From the IMG/VR virus record IMGVR_UViG_3300028841_000107: a DNA stretch of 64,000 nucleotides. One strand, 5' to 3'. Positions 8,582-18,696 of the stretch are shown piece after piece. Each line of letters begins with the position of its first letter. Positions within the stretch are counted from its first letter, which is position 1. The DNA is from a virus. Below the pieces are notes generated by a model. The model made no database searches. It saw only the letters and a program-made list of their open reading frames with translations, and was not told where the DNA came from. The position numbers were made by a program, and so were the translations under genes.

Positions 8582-11500
8582 GTGGACGGGATCCCGGCCC
8601 CTCCGGGAGGCTACGTCCTCGACGACGACATCCCGCCGCCCCCTGACGGGTTCGAGCTGGACGACAGCTTTCGCGCGACGGCGAGGAAGCGACTCGCCGT
8701 GCTCGGCGGGCGGCCGGAGAGCGAAAAGGCCGATTTCGCTCCCGAACCCGTAATCCCGCGTAATTCCACCGCAATTCAGCCCGTAATTCGGGAGGAGCCG
8801 GTAGCACCGGCCAGGCGTGGGCCGAGCTTTGCGGACGCCATCATGACGCCGGAGCTTCAGCGAGCAGCGGGGCGGATCGGGGCGCCCGCCATGGAGGCCC
8901 CCGAGATCACGGCGGCGACGCAGGGGATTCGCGACCGACGGGCGGCCGGGGCCCAGCGGCGGGAGAAGTACCTCGCCCCGCTGGCGGCCGTCGGGAGCGA
9001 GATGTTCGGCGGGGCCGGAGAGATGGCTCCGGATGCCACCCCCGTGCGTCGCGGCGTCCCTCTCTTCGCCGGGAAGGCCATCGGCGAGGCTCCGGTCACA
9101 CGACGCGCTCCAGGGGTCGGAGACGTGGCATTGGGCGCCATCGCCTCCTCGCCCCCGGTGGAGAGGCTGAAGAGCGACTACGAGCGCGTCCACGGGTGGG
9201 CGCAAGGGGCCTCTGACGACCTCGGGAAGTGGGCGACGAAGAACACCGAGCACTCCTCGCTCGCCCGGCTGATCGACGCTGGAGAGCAGAGCGACTCGAA
9301 GATCGTCCAGACCGCCGCAGCGATCACCCAGGGCGCCGCGCAGGCGGGTGCATCCTCGCTCCCGGCACTGGCCGAATTCGGGCTCCTCCATCGCGCGACT
9401 CCCGGGGCCATGAAGCCGCTCGTGGACGCCGCGCTGGTCTCCTACTTCGGCGGGGAGGGCGTCGGCGGGCTCGCTCAGGACGTTCCAGCCATCGCCAGCG
9501 AGATGAACTCGGAGACTCCTCCGCTCTCCTTCGATGAGCGGGCGAACCTCTACGGAAAGACCGTCATGGACGCGCTGATGGGCGCGGCTCCGTTCGGAGC
9601 GCGTCGCCACATCGCGGACTCGCTCGAAGCGCGGCGGGCTCCGCTGGAGGTGGGCGAGCCTGGGGCCCGCGTCTACCAGCCGGAGTACGGCGAGGCCGGG
9701 CCGCCCGTCTTCCGGGCGCCCGAGGACGTCATGGCGAAGGCGCGGGGGTTGATCTCCCCGCTCATCGAGCCCCGGCTGGGCGAGTACCGGCCGGACCTTG
9801 CTCCTCCCCCCGCTCGCGGAAACGGCGCCTACGCTCGCGACATCGTCCCGCCCGAGCCCGGCCCGAAGCAGGTATCCCCCGAGGAAGCGCAGGCGGTCCT
9901 CGACCGGCTCCTCGGCGGGCAGGTCGAGGGGCAGCGGATGGGGCCGTTCCCCGTCCCGCCCGACATCAGCCAGGGACGCACCCTCCCGCCCGGCCCGGCT
10001 CTCCCCGAGGGTGCGACGTGGCAGGAGCGCCAGGCAGCGGCACGTCGGCAGCCGTCGCCGGCTCCTCCTCCAGAGCCGCCCCCATCGCGGCCGAGGTACG
10101 CCCCGCCAGAGGTGCCACCTGACGCGACGTGGCAGCAGGCCCAGGCGACCGAGCGCGCGAAGCCGGCGAATCCGCTGGAGGACCCGGAGAAGCTCCGCGA
10201 GATCCTATCGAACCTGCTCGGTCCTGAGCCGCCGCAGGGCGTCGAGGCGCGCACCGGGCGCACCCCGCCCGCCGCCGAGAACATCCAGCCCGAGCCCAAG
10301 GCGACCCTCGACGCCCAGATGCAGGCCCTCGTGGAGGGGCGGAAGCCGGCCGTCCTCTTCCCCCGCCAGGGCGAGCACGCCGTTCCCGTGACGCCGGATG
10401 GCTTCGTCCGGGTGGACACGCCTGCCGGCGCGGTCATCTTCGACCCGAACAAGGTGGACGCGGGGGCCGTGGCGAAGGCGGCAGACTCCGGCCAGGGCCT
10501 CGGGAAGATCCTCGGGATGGGCGTGGACGAGCGGCCGGAGGGCGCGCAGACGGTCGTCACCGCTCGGACGCCAGAGGGGGTCGAGGTCCAGAGCGCGCAG
10601 GCGACGCCGGAGCAGGTTCCGGCGGCGGTGGAGGCGGCCCAGAAGGTCGCCGGGCCGGAAGGCCGGGTGACACAGGGCTCGACGGCGGACATCGTCGCCG
10701 AGCGGCAGGCCGGGATGGAGAGCGAAAAGGCCGATGTCGCTCCCCAGGTCGCGAAGGCCATCTACGGGCCGGATGCGCTGCCGGGGTCCGTCGAGTTCGT
10801 CCGGCGGGTCCTCGGGGGCGACGTCCCACCGAAGGCCGCTCCGAAGGTCGTCGCCCGGATCCGATTGGAGGCGAAGAAAGCGGCAAAGGCCGCCCCCCCG
10901 GTAGAGCGCCGAGTCGAGGACAAGGGCCCGGAGGGGCGCATCCATTTCGTTGACGTAGGCCAGATCGCCTCCGACTACAAGCTTCGCGAGCTGCGCAAGC
11001 TCAACGAAGCGATGGACAGCGCCGACGAAGCGCGTAGGATTTCCGAGAGGGAGGCGATTGATGCAGTCAGCCGAGCAAGGGCCGCCGAGATCCTCGCCCC
11101 AGAGCATGCCGAGTTCGCAGCTCGACGAGAGACTAGAGGACTACCTGGCGGAGGTGAGGGAGCACGCGGGCCTGCCGCCGAGGGAGAGAGGCTACCGGGA
11201 TCCGTCGCTGACGCAGTCACCGCAGGCCCCGCAGAAGCCGCTGGCACGTCCAAGTCTCAACTACCGCCCGCCGCCGAGCCGGTAGCTGGCGCCACGCCGG
11301 TCTCGTGGGCGGAAGCGAAGGAGATTCGCTCCACCCAGGAAATGATCCGGATTACTGCCGAGGTGGAGCCCGCCACGGCAGAGCGGCTCCTTCGGCGAGT
11401 CGCGGACTCACCCACGCAGCCGGAGGCCGCGAAAGCATGGGCGCGACGCCAACTCGCGCTCGATCCGGCGCAGCGCTTCAGGCCGGAGGGTAAGTCCGGC

Positions 11501-14500
11501 CCCACGTCAGGGGTTGGCGTCGTCCAGGAGGGCGACAAGACGTGGCTGGACATGCGCGGCCGGCCCGAAGAGAAGTCGCCGGTTCCTGGGCCGCCTAGCG
11601 GCGCTCCGGCTGCTGGGGCCGGGGCGGCTTCGTCCCGGCGGCGCTCGACCATCTGGGTCAAGCCGGACCAGCCCATCGAGGTCGAGCATCAGATCGTGGA
11701 GGCTGGCGATGTCGTCCCCTCGCACGACGCCGAGGGACGTATCGACCCACGCTACCCGCAGAAAGAGGGGCTGCAGCCGCGCGACAGGAGCCGCGACGAG
11801 TCGATTCGACAGATCACGGCGATGTCGCGAAACTTGAACCCGGACTTGCTCGGCGAGAGCCTCGACGCCACGACGGGGGCGCCTGTGGTGACCGACGCGG
11901 CCGATGGCGGGCTTCATCCTGTCGAGTCCGGGAACGGCCGGGCCGCTGCGATCAGAGAGGCGTACCGGACTGGTCGTGCCGGAGCCTACCGCGAGCGTCT
12001 TGAGGCGGACGCGGCGCGGTACGGGATGACTCCGGAGCAGGTCGCCGCCATGCGGGAGCCGATGCTGGTCCGCAGCAGGGTCACCGAGATGACCCCGGAG
12101 GAGCAGCGGCAGTTCACGCGGGACGCGAATGCTTCCTCGGCGCTCCGAATGGGGGCGGCCGAGCAGGCGACGAGCGACGCCGCGGCGCTGACGCCCGAGA
12201 TCCTCGCGGACTTCCTGCCGAGCGAAGAGGGCGACGTGCTCGCGGCGTCCAACCGCCGCTTCCTCCGCCGCTTCTTCGACGAGGTCGTCCCCGAGACCGA
12301 TCGCGGCGAGCTCATCGACGCTGACGGGAACCCGAACCTGCGGGCGGTGCAGCGCATCAAGGCCGCCATCATGGGGAAGGCGTACGGCCAGGACCGGCTC
12401 CTGGCGCGTGCCCTGGAGGCGGCGGACGACAACACGAGGACCGTGTCGAACGGACTGCTCTCGGCGGCGCCCCGCGTGGCGAAAGTGCGGGCCGCGATCG
12501 AAGCGGGCGACCTGCACCCGGTGGACTTCCTCGCCCCCATCAAGGAGGCGGTCGATCACCTCTACTCGGCCAAGGACATGAAGCTGTCGGTGCCCGACTA
12601 CCTGGCCCAGCGGGACATGTTCGCTGGCGAGATGTCGCCCGAAGGGAGCGCGCTCCTGTCCTTCATGGACAAGAACAAGCGGTCCGCCAAGAAGATCGGC
12701 GGCATGGTGGACGCCATCGCCCGCGCTGTCGAAGGAGCCGGGCACCCGGGCCAGGCCGACCTGTTCGGAGGAGAAGTCGATGTCCCACGAGTCGCCGAAA
12801 TCTACGATGCCGCCAAGCGGATCTACGAAGCCCGACACGAGGAAACCACCAGCGCCCAGACCGGACTCTTCGATCAGGCCGGAGGTGGTGGACCGGATCG
12901 TGGAGAGGGCCCTGGCGCAGGCCCGGCAGGAGGAGGGGGAGCCGGTGGAGACGGAGCCCCCCGCGTCTTCGCCTACTCCAGCGGCACCGGCCGCGGCGTC
13001 GGCCGCGACCCGTACGCCGAGCGCACCGGCCGCCAGAAGGTCCCAGTACCGTCCTTCAAGCGACTCCCCCGTACTCCCGCGGTACCGCCCCCCGACGGTC
13101 CACTAGAGCCGGAACGGTACGACAGTCCGAGCGGGGCTCCGCGCCAGGCCACGATGGCGGGCCCAGGCGAGAAGGCCGAGACGAACCCGCGGGAGATCGT
13201 GAAGGCGCTCGAGGACGTGAGCGGGACCCCGATTCGCTACGGGCACGGCTACTTCGGCCCCAGGCGGGCACTCGGCTGGTTCGACCCGCGCAACAACGCG
13301 ATCCGAACGAAGGTCGCCGAGGACATGGTCACTGCCGCCCACGAGGCGGGGCACTCGCTGCACCAGTTTGCGCTCAAGGATCGTCAGGCGTTCCCGGCCG
13401 CTGTGGCGATCGAACTGACGCGCCTCGGGAAAGACCTCTACGGGAGCCGAATGCCGGCGGGTGGCTATCTCAGAGAGGGGATGGCGGAGTACGTCGGCAA
13501 GTACCTGATCGGCGATGACATGGCGAAAGAGGCCCCGGCGCTGCACAAGTGGGTGCGCGACAACATGCCGCCAGAGAAACTCGGCGGGCTCGATTCGGCC
13601 CGCGAGCTGTACCGCAAGTGGGACGAGGCCGGCGCCGTCGGGCGCGTCAAGGGGAAGATCCACACGGTCGAGTCTGGCCCGGTGGCGCAGCTCAAGGACG
13701 GCATCGAAAAGCTGACGCACTTCTTTAGCCGACAGATGTGGGTGAACAAGTTCGCGCCGCTGGAGGACGCCGTCGGCCGCGTCATGAAGGAACACGGCCT
13801 CGTGCTTGAGCCCACGAAGAATCCAGCCTTCGTCGCCGCCGCGCTCGAGAAGAACGCACCAGGCACCGCCCGCACGTTCATCTTCAACGCGGCCGTCAAC
13901 ACCAAGGGCGATGTCGTCGGCGGGTCGCTCGCCGACGCGCTCAAGGAGATCCCGCACAAGGAGCTGCCCGACCTGATGGCGTACTCCTACGCGCGCCGGG
14001 CCGAGGATCTCTGGGAGCGTGGAATCAACCCCGGCATCACGCTCGCCGACGCGCAAGCGACGGTGAAGCAGCTGGAGAGCCCGCAGCGTCGCGCCGCGCT
14101 GGACGCGATGACGAAGTGGAGCAACTACCTGATCGACTACGTGGTGGAATCCGGAGGGCTCACGGCCGCTGAGGCTAAGGTCATCCGCGCCGCCAACCCC
14201 GTGTACGTCCCGCTCAAGAGGTACTTCGACGAGGTCGAGCGTGGCGGGGGCGGCGGCGCTAGAGCGGGATTCGTGAATCAGGGGAAGGGTGTTCAGAAGA
14301 TTCGCGGCTCGGGGCGCTCCGTCATCAACCCGCTCGACTCGTTCATCCGACAGGCCGACAGCATGGTCAGGCTCGGCAACAAGCTCCGCGTTGGGCGCTC
14401 CATCGCTGATATGGTCACGGAGAACCCCGGCCTCGCCTGGTTCGCGCAGAAGGTGGAGTCTCCCAAGGAGTCCACCGAGTTCAGCGTCAGGGAGTTGAAG

Positions 14501-16300
14501 CGCCAGCTTGAGAAGGCCGGCGCGGACCTCAGCGCGGCCGACCTGGACGCGACCCTCACGGTGTTCCAGAACGCAGGCGAATACCGTGGGCGCCAGAACA
14601 TCGTCTCGATCGCGCGCAACGGGCAGCGCGAGTTCTGGGAGCTCGACCCCGACGTCTATCGAGTCGTCACGCACATGGACCACGAGGTGCTCCCGTCGTA
14701 CCTCTCCGCCCTGGCGGCCCCGAAGCGCCTCGTCCAGCTCGGGGCGACCGGTGTCAACGCCGGGTTCTCGCTGATCGCAAACCCGATCCGCGACGCGTTC
14801 ACCTGGGCCGTGTATTCCAAGGGGCGACACCTGACGCCCGCCGACGCTCTCGTCGGCCTCTGGTCCGGCCTCTCGAAGTCGCCGGAGGCGCAGCGGTGGC
14901 GTGCGCTCGGCGGAGAGCTCTCTACCCTCATGGGCCAGGACCGCATCGCCGCCGGCCGGGCCGTCGAGGAGGCGCTGGCCCGCACCGGCAAAGAAAAGGC
15001 GTGGATCACGCTTCGCCACCCGATCGACGCCCTGCGTGAGCATCTCGGCGTCTTCGAGTCTGGGCCACGTATCGCAGAGTTCACGCGGGTGCTCGAGCAG
15101 GCCGAGCAGAAGTGGGGGAAGGGCACCGAGAACGCCTACCTGGAAGCACTCCTCGCCTCGAAGGAGGCTACGGTCAACTTCACCCGGGCCGGTGTGATCG
15201 GCCAGGCGCTCAACCAGCTGATCCCTTTCTTCAACGCCAAGATCCAGGGCGCGTCGAAGTTCTACCGCACGTTCGGTGGCTCCGAGGGGAAGGCCGCGGC
15301 GCTGAAAGCGACCGCGCAGGCGGTCTCGTGGATCACGGTCCCGACCGCACTCCTCTGGTACGCCAACAAGGACGAGGAGTGGTACAAGGAGCTCAAGTCG
15401 TGGGAGAAGGGGGCCTTCTGGGTCTGGTCCACGGATCACGGGAAGACGAAGTACCGGATCCCGAAGCCGCAGGAGCTGGGGTACATCTTCGGAAGCGTGC
15501 CCGAAGCCTTCCTCGACTACGCCTACCGGAAGAACGGTCGTGGCGTGTCCGACGCCATGTGGGGGACGCTCGATTCCCTCATGCCGTTCGGCCTCTCGCA
15601 GGGCGCGGCCGGCGTCGCTGACGTGCTACCGGCTGCCATCAAGCCGATGATCGAGGCCGGGCTGAACTACGACACGTTCAAGAACCGGCCGATCGTGGAC
15701 CCGTTCATGGAAAGGCGGAAGCTCCCCCGCGACCAGTACCAGCGGTACACGACGGAGATCGCGAAGCAGCTCGGCGCCTGGCTCAACATCAGCCCCTCGA
15801 AGATCGACCACACGGTCTCCGGCTACACCGGGGGGCTCGGGCTCGATCTTGCCCGCGGCGTCGAGCTCGCTACGGGGATGCGGAAGATGAAGGACATCGA
15901 GGGGCTCGAGGATGTTCCTGTCCTCGGGCGTCTCGGCGTGAGGGCGACCCCCGGCGTCTCCGTGGACCACATGCACGAGCAGGACGCGCTCCTCCGCCAG
16001 AAGGTCGGCTCCAAGGTGGCGACCGAGGAGGAGAAGGCGACCCTCAAGCGGATCGCAGCCGCCAAGACCGCCATCGACCACGCCAGGATCGCCGCCGAGG
16101 GGGCGAAGGGCGACGACCTCCACACCCTGAACACCTGGAGCACGCACATGGCGCAGTGGGCCCTCGGGAAGCGCGCTGAGATGCCGGAGGAGGAACTGGA
16201 GTCGCTCGAGGAGAAGTTCCCGTCCGAGGAGTGGGGGAAGGCGTTCAAGGCGATGCGCCGGAAGATCCCGACGTACGAGGCGGAAGCGCCGCCGGAGTAG
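8582..16300 (+). CDS. Giant polyvalent-type virion/ejection protein, 2572 aa, with ParB/Srx-like domain and HExxH zincin-like motif
   Basis: Single uninterrupted ORF, GTG directly after the upstream TAA. Near nt 11675-12200 it reads ...IVEAGDVVPSHDAEG...LQPRDRSR...ESGNGRAAAIREAY..., matching the ParB-superfamily domain I recall from phage/plasmid polyvalent proteins. HEAGH occurs at nt 13340-13354. The N-terminal third is Pro/Ala-rich. Confidence 0.8.
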   Translation: MDGIPAPPGGYVLDDDIPPPPDGFELDDSFRATARKRLAVLGGRPESEKADFAPEPVIPRNSTAIQPVIREEPVAPARRGPSFADAIMTPELQRAAGRIGAPAMEAPEITAATQGIRDRRAAGAQRREKYLAPLAAVGSEMFGGAGEMAPDATPVRRGVPLFAGKAIGEAPVTRRAPGVGDVALGAIASSPPVERLKSDYERVHGWAQGASDDLGKWATKNTEHSSLARLIDAGEQSDSKIVQTAAAITQGAAQAGASSLPALAEFGLLHRATPGAMKPLVDAALVSYFGGEGVGGLAQDVPAIASEMNSETPPLSFDERANLYGKTVMDALMGAAPFGARRHIADSLEARRAPLEVGEPGARVYQPEYGEAGPPVFRAPEDVMAKARGLISPLIEPRLGEYRPDLAPPPARGNGAYARDIVPPEPGPKQVSPEEAQAVLDRLLGGQVEGQRMGPFPVPPDISQGRTLPPGPALPEGATWQERQAAARRQPSPAPPPEPPPSRPRYAPPEVPPDATWQQAQATERAKPANPLEDPEKLREILSNLLGPEPPQGVEARTGRTPPAAENIQPEPKATLDAQMQALVEGRKPAVLFPRQGEHAVPVTPDGFVRVDTPAGAVIFDPNKVDAGAVAKAADSGQGLGKILGMGVDERPEGAQTVVTARTPEGVEVQSAQATPEQVPAAVEAAQKVAGPEGRVTQGSTADIVAERQAGMESEKADVAPQVAKAIYGPDALPGSVEFVRRVLGGDVPPKAAPKVVARIRLEAKKAAKAAPPVERRVEDKGPEGRIHFVDVGQIASDYKLRELRKLNEAMDSADEARRISEREAIDAVSRARAAEILAPEHAEFAARRETRGLPGGGEGARGPAAEGERLPGSVADAVTAGPAEAAGTSKSQLPPAAEPVAGATPVSWAEAKEIRSTQEMIRITAEVEPATAERLLRRVADSPTQPEAAKAWARRQLALDPAQRFRPEGKSGPTSGVGVVQEGDKTWLDMRGRPEEKSPVPGPPSGAPAAGAGAASSRRRSTIWVKPDQPIEVEHQIVEAGDVVPSHDAEGRIDPRYPQKEGLQPRDRSRDESIRQITAMSRNLNPDLLGESLDATTGAPVVTDAADGGLHPVESGNGRAAAIREAYRTGRAGAYRERLEADAARYGMTPEQVAAMREPMLVRSRVTEMTPEEQRQFTRDANASSALRMGAAEQATSDAAALTPEILADFLPSEEGDVLAASNRRFLRRFFDEVVPETDRGELIDADGNPNLRAVQRIKAAIMGKAYGQDRLLARALEAADDNTRTVSNGLLSAAPRVAKVRAAIEAGDLHPVDFLAPIKEAVDHLYSAKDMKLSVPDYLAQRDMFAGEMSPEGSALLSFMDKNKRSAKKIGGMVDAIARAVEGAGHPGQADLFGGEVDVPRVAEIYDAAKRIYEARHEETTSAQTGLFDQAGGGGPDRGEGPGAGPAGGGGAGGDGAPRVFAYSSGTGRGVGRDPYAERTGRQKVPVPSFKRLPRTPAVPPPDGPLEPERYDSPSGAPRQATMAGPGEKAETNPREIVKALEDVSGTPIRYGHGYFGPRRALGWFDPRNNAIRTKVAEDMVTAAHEAGHSLHQFALKDRQAFPAAVAIELTRLGKDLYGSRMPAGGYLREGMAEYVGKYLIGDDMAKEAPALHKWVRDNMPPEKLGGLDSARELYRKWDEAGAVGRVKGKIHTVESGPVAQLKDGIEKLTHFFSRQMWVNKFAPLEDAVGRVMKEHGLVLEPTKNPAFVAAALEKNAPGTARTFIFNAAVNTKGDVVGGSLADALKEIPHKELPDLMAYSYARRAEDLWERGINPGITLADAQATVKQLESPQRRAALDAMTKWSNYLIDYVVESGGLTAAEAKVIRAANPVYVPLKRYFDEVERGGGGGARAGFVNQGKGVQKIRGSGRSVINPLDSFIRQADSMVRLGNKLRVGRSIADMVTENPGLAWFAQKVESPKESTEFSVRELKRQLEKAGADLSAADLDATLTVFQNAGEYRGRQNIVSIARNGQREFWELDPDVYRVVTHMDHEVLPSYLSALAAPKRLVQLGATGVNAGFSLIANPIRDAFTWAVYSKGRHLTPADALVGLWSGLSKSPEAQRWRALGGELSTLMGQDRIAAGRAVEEALARTGKEKAWITLRHPIDALREHLGVFESGPRIAEFTRVLEQAEQKWGKGTENAYLEALLASKEATVNFTRAGVIGQALNQLIPFFNAKIQGASKFYRTFGGSEGKAAALKATAQAVSWITVPTALLWYANKDEEWYKELKSWEKGAFWVWSTDHGKTKYRIPKPQELGYIFGSVPEAFLDYAYRKNGRGVSDAMWGTLDSLMPFGLSQGAAGVADVLPAAIKPMIEAGLNYDTFKNRPIVDPFMERRKLPRDQYQRYTTEIAKQLGAWLNISPSKIDHTVSGYTGGLGLDLARGVELATGMRKMKDIEGLEDVPVLGRLGVRATPGVSVDHMHEQDALLRQKVGSKVATEEEKATLKRIAAAKTAIDHARIAAEGAKGDDLHTLNTWSTHMAQWALGKRAEMPEEELESLEEKFPSEEWGKAFKAMRRKIPTYEAEAPPE

Positions 16301-16382
16301 ACTCGACAAAGAAGCGGCCCCGGGCGAGCGTATCGAGCGCCCGCACCGGAGCCTCACCACCGTTCCTTTCGAGGAGGACCGA

Positions 16383-16856
16383 ATGGCTGAATGGACTCTA
16401 CCCCCCGCTGACCAAATCTGGCTAGACCGTTTCCTCATGAAGACGGACCGCGGAGCCGATCACTGGCTGTGGACGGCCGGCATCAACAGCCAGGGTTACG
16501 GGATGTTCTGGTTTCGCTCCCGGATGTGGCTGGCGCACCGGGCCTCGTGGGAACTGTTCTGCGGGCCCATCCCGAACGGCCTCAAAGTGCTGCATGAATG
16601 TGACACTCCCCTCTGTACGGCCCCGCGCCACCTTTTTCTTGGGACGCAGCGAGACAACGTCTTGGACATGTTTCGGAAGGGACGCGCCAATACGCCGCGT
16701 GGCGAGCGTCACCCGAACGCAGTCTTGACCGAAGAAACGGTACGGGCGTTGAGAGCGGACCCGAGGGGCACGGTGGCGGCTGGAGAGGCATTCGGCGTGT
16801 CGAAATCGCTTGTGTCTGTCGTCCGCCGCCGTGAGGTCTGGAAACACGTCCCCTGA
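16383..16856 (+). CDS. HNH homing endonuclease (HNH_3-like), 157 aa
   Basis: GAGGAGG SD. Reads CWLWTAGINSQGYGMF...AHRASWELFCGPIPNGLKVLHECDTPLCTAPRHLFLGTQRDN, then a GERHPNAVLTEETV and C-terminal HTH-like tail typical of phage HNH enzymes. Confidence 0.9.
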   Translation: MAEWTLPPADQIWLDRFLMKTDRGADHWLWTAGINSQGYGMFWFRSRMWLAHRASWELFCGPIPNGLKVLHECDTPLCTAPRHLFLGTQRDNVLDMFRKGRANTPRGERHPNAVLTEETVRALRADPRGTVAAGEAFGVSKSLVSVVRRREVWKHVP

Positions 16857-16860
16857 ACAA

Positions 16861-16890
16861 ACGAAAAGGGGCGGCTCGCAACCGCCCCCA
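16861..16890 (-). terminator. Rho-independent terminator candidate at the convergent junction
   Basis: Stem GGGGCGG (16868-16874) / CCGCCCC (16882-16888) with 7-nt loop. On the minus strand it is followed by TTTTCGTTTGTT, i.e. downstream of the vWA gene. There is no T-tract on the plus side. Confidence 0.6.
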
Positions 16891-16955
16891 AGATCAAGGC
16901 GCCGCTCCGTGGCCCCGTGGCCGGCGGAGGTTCGAGGCGCCAGGCCCTACAGGTT

Positions 16956-17630
16956 CTACCTCTTCTCGTGCTCGTGGACCGACTTCTGGAGGTCGATATC
17001 GCGAAGATTCTGGTTCGCGCGGACGGCACCAGAGACCTGATAGACATGCCTGGCCGCGGCTGCCTTCTCGGACACCGAGCCGTAGCTGGCGGCAACGCCA
17101 GACGCCGACGCCGAGTAGCTCGCGGCGAGGTTCTGCGGGATCCCCATCGCGCCGGCAGCCCTGAAGGCGTCCTGATTCGCCCCGAGGAAGAGGAACGTCC
17201 ACTTGTATACGTCCTGCTGGGCCGTGATGCGCTGGAACACGTCCTCGCGCGAGAACTTCCGGGAGTGGTTCTCCTCCCCGTCGGTGATGATGACCACCAT
17301 CACCATGCCGGGGCGCTCGGACTCCGCCATCATGGTGAAGCGAGCGCCGGTAGCGTCAACCGTCTCGCAGATCGCGTCGTAGAGCGCCGTGTTCCCGCTC
17401 GGCCGGTAGGTCTCGGTGGAAAGCAGCGGCGCGTCCGCGAGGGGCTTCCCGGCGTAGACCGTTGTCGAGCAGTCGGCGAAGCTGACGAGGGTCACGTTGG
17501 CAGCCCCGGCCACCTTCTTCTGCTCTGCGAGGAAGGTGTTGAATCCGCCGATCGTGTCGTCCACGAGGCCGGCCATCGAGCCAGAGCGATCGAGGATAAA
17601 GGTGATGTCGGTGAGAACGTTCTGCATCAC
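16956..17630 (-). CDS. von Willebrand factor A (vWA) domain protein, 224 aa
   Basis: MIDAS motif DRSGSM near the N-terminus, later ITDGEENHS. Last gene of the leftward block. GTG 17630 or ATG 17627 overlaps the upstream stop. Confidence 0.85.
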   Translation of the reverse strand: MMQNVLTDITFILDRSGSMAGLVDDTIGGFNTFLAEQKKVAGAANVTLVSFADCSTTVYAGKPLADAPLLSTETYRPSGNTALYDAICETVDATGARFTMMAESERPGMVMVVIITDGEENHSRKFSREDVFQRITAQQDVYKWTFLFLGANQDAFRAAGAMGIPQNLAASYSASASGVAASYGSVSEKAAAARHVYQVSGAVRANQNLRDIDLQKSVHEHEKR

Positions 17631-18496
17631 AGGTTCTCCAGGATGACGAGCGAGCCGGGCCCGTCGTTGACGAGGCTCTCGGTCTCGGCCCGAAAACTGT
17701 CGATCTCGTCCTCGATCGCCTTCTCCACGAAGTCCGGCTGGAGCGGCCAGGCGAGGGTGAAGGCCAGCGATGCCCCGCCGGGGGCCGCGCCGGCCGGCGG
17801 GTCCTTCAGCGTCACGTCCACCTCGAGCTCCGTCGCGTAGCTGTTGCCGCCGCGGGCGTAGGGGAGGAGGAGGGGGATCGTGGTGGGGAGGAACGTCTGC
17901 ATCGGCCCGCCGCGCGCCGAGAAGTTCATCTCGTAGGCGTGGTGGCCGTTGTTCTCGACCACGAGCGGCTGGGAGTCCACCCGGACGCCCCGCTCGAAGG
18001 TGACCTTTCGGAAGGCGCTCAGGAGCGTCCCGGCCGGGGTACCGGGCTCGTCCACGATGTAGGACCGGAGGCCCTGCAGGCAGCGGACGAGGGCCAGGTG
18101 TTCCATCGGCTTGCCGACGAGCTGGGAGACGGAGACGAAGGCCGGGGCCAGTTTGCGGGCGTAGCCGAAGGTGATCCGGTCGTCGGAGTCGTCCAGGTGG
18201 AAGGAGCCGCCCTGCTCGGTGAAGACGACGGTGGGCCAGGCGGCGTCCGGCTGGTCCTGAACGGCGGGCGCGGCAGACCGGTAGCGGCGGATCTCCGCCT
18301 TCACCATCGCGGCGAACGAGGAGATGTTCGAGACGGACCGGCGGCGGGCGTTGAAGTGCTCGATCTGGGCGTACGTCTTCGCGGCGTCGTTGAACATGAA
18401 GATCCGCCCGGAGCCGTCGTCCAGCTTCAGGAGGACGGGGCGGGAGGAGGTCCCGAGGGAGACCAGCTTGTCGATGGCGTCGTCGAGGCGGCTCAT
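17627..18496 (-). CDS. Hypothetical protein, 289 aa (possibly DUF2303/YfdQ-like; tentative)
   Basis: Full-length ORF with good codon bias and an ATGA overlap with the upstream gene. Size and prophage context resemble the YfdQ family from memory only. Confidence 0.6.
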   Translation of the reverse strand: MSRLDDAIDKLVSLGTSSRPVLLKLDDGSGRIFMFNDAAKTYAQIEHFNARRRSVSNISSFAAMVKAEIRRYRSAAPAVQDQPDAAWPTVVFTEQGGSFHLDDSDDRITFGYARKLAPAFVSVSQLVGKPMEHLALVRCLQGLRSYIVDEPGTPAGTLLSAFRKVTFERGVRVDSQPLVVENNGHHAYEMNFSARGGPMQTFLPTTIPLLLPYARGGNSYATELEVDVTLKDPPAGAAPGGASLAFTLAWPLQPDFVEKAIEDEIDSFRAETESLVNDGPGSLVILENL

Positions 18497-18696
18497 GCGG
18501 CGTCCTTGAAGAGCAGGGCCCGGACGGCGCAGTCCTTGGACTCGAGGAGCTTGCGGAGGGCCACGGTCCGCTCCGGGTTGCTCGGGAGCGTCGCGACGAT
18601 CTGCTCGGCCAGGATGCCGAACGGCTTCGACACCGCCTGAAGGTGCTCTGGCAGGTGCGCGTACGCGAAGAACTGGAGGAGGTAGTCGGTCTTCAC
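18493..18696 (-). CDS. Hypothetical protein, 67 aa
   Basis: GTG 18696 in a GTGA overlap with the upstream stop. Reads (V)KTDYLLQFFAYAHLPEHLQ... Confidence 0.55.
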   Translation of the reverse strand: MKTDYLLQFFAYAHLPEHLQAVSKPFGILAEQIVATLPSNPERTVALRKLLESKDCAVRALLFKDAA

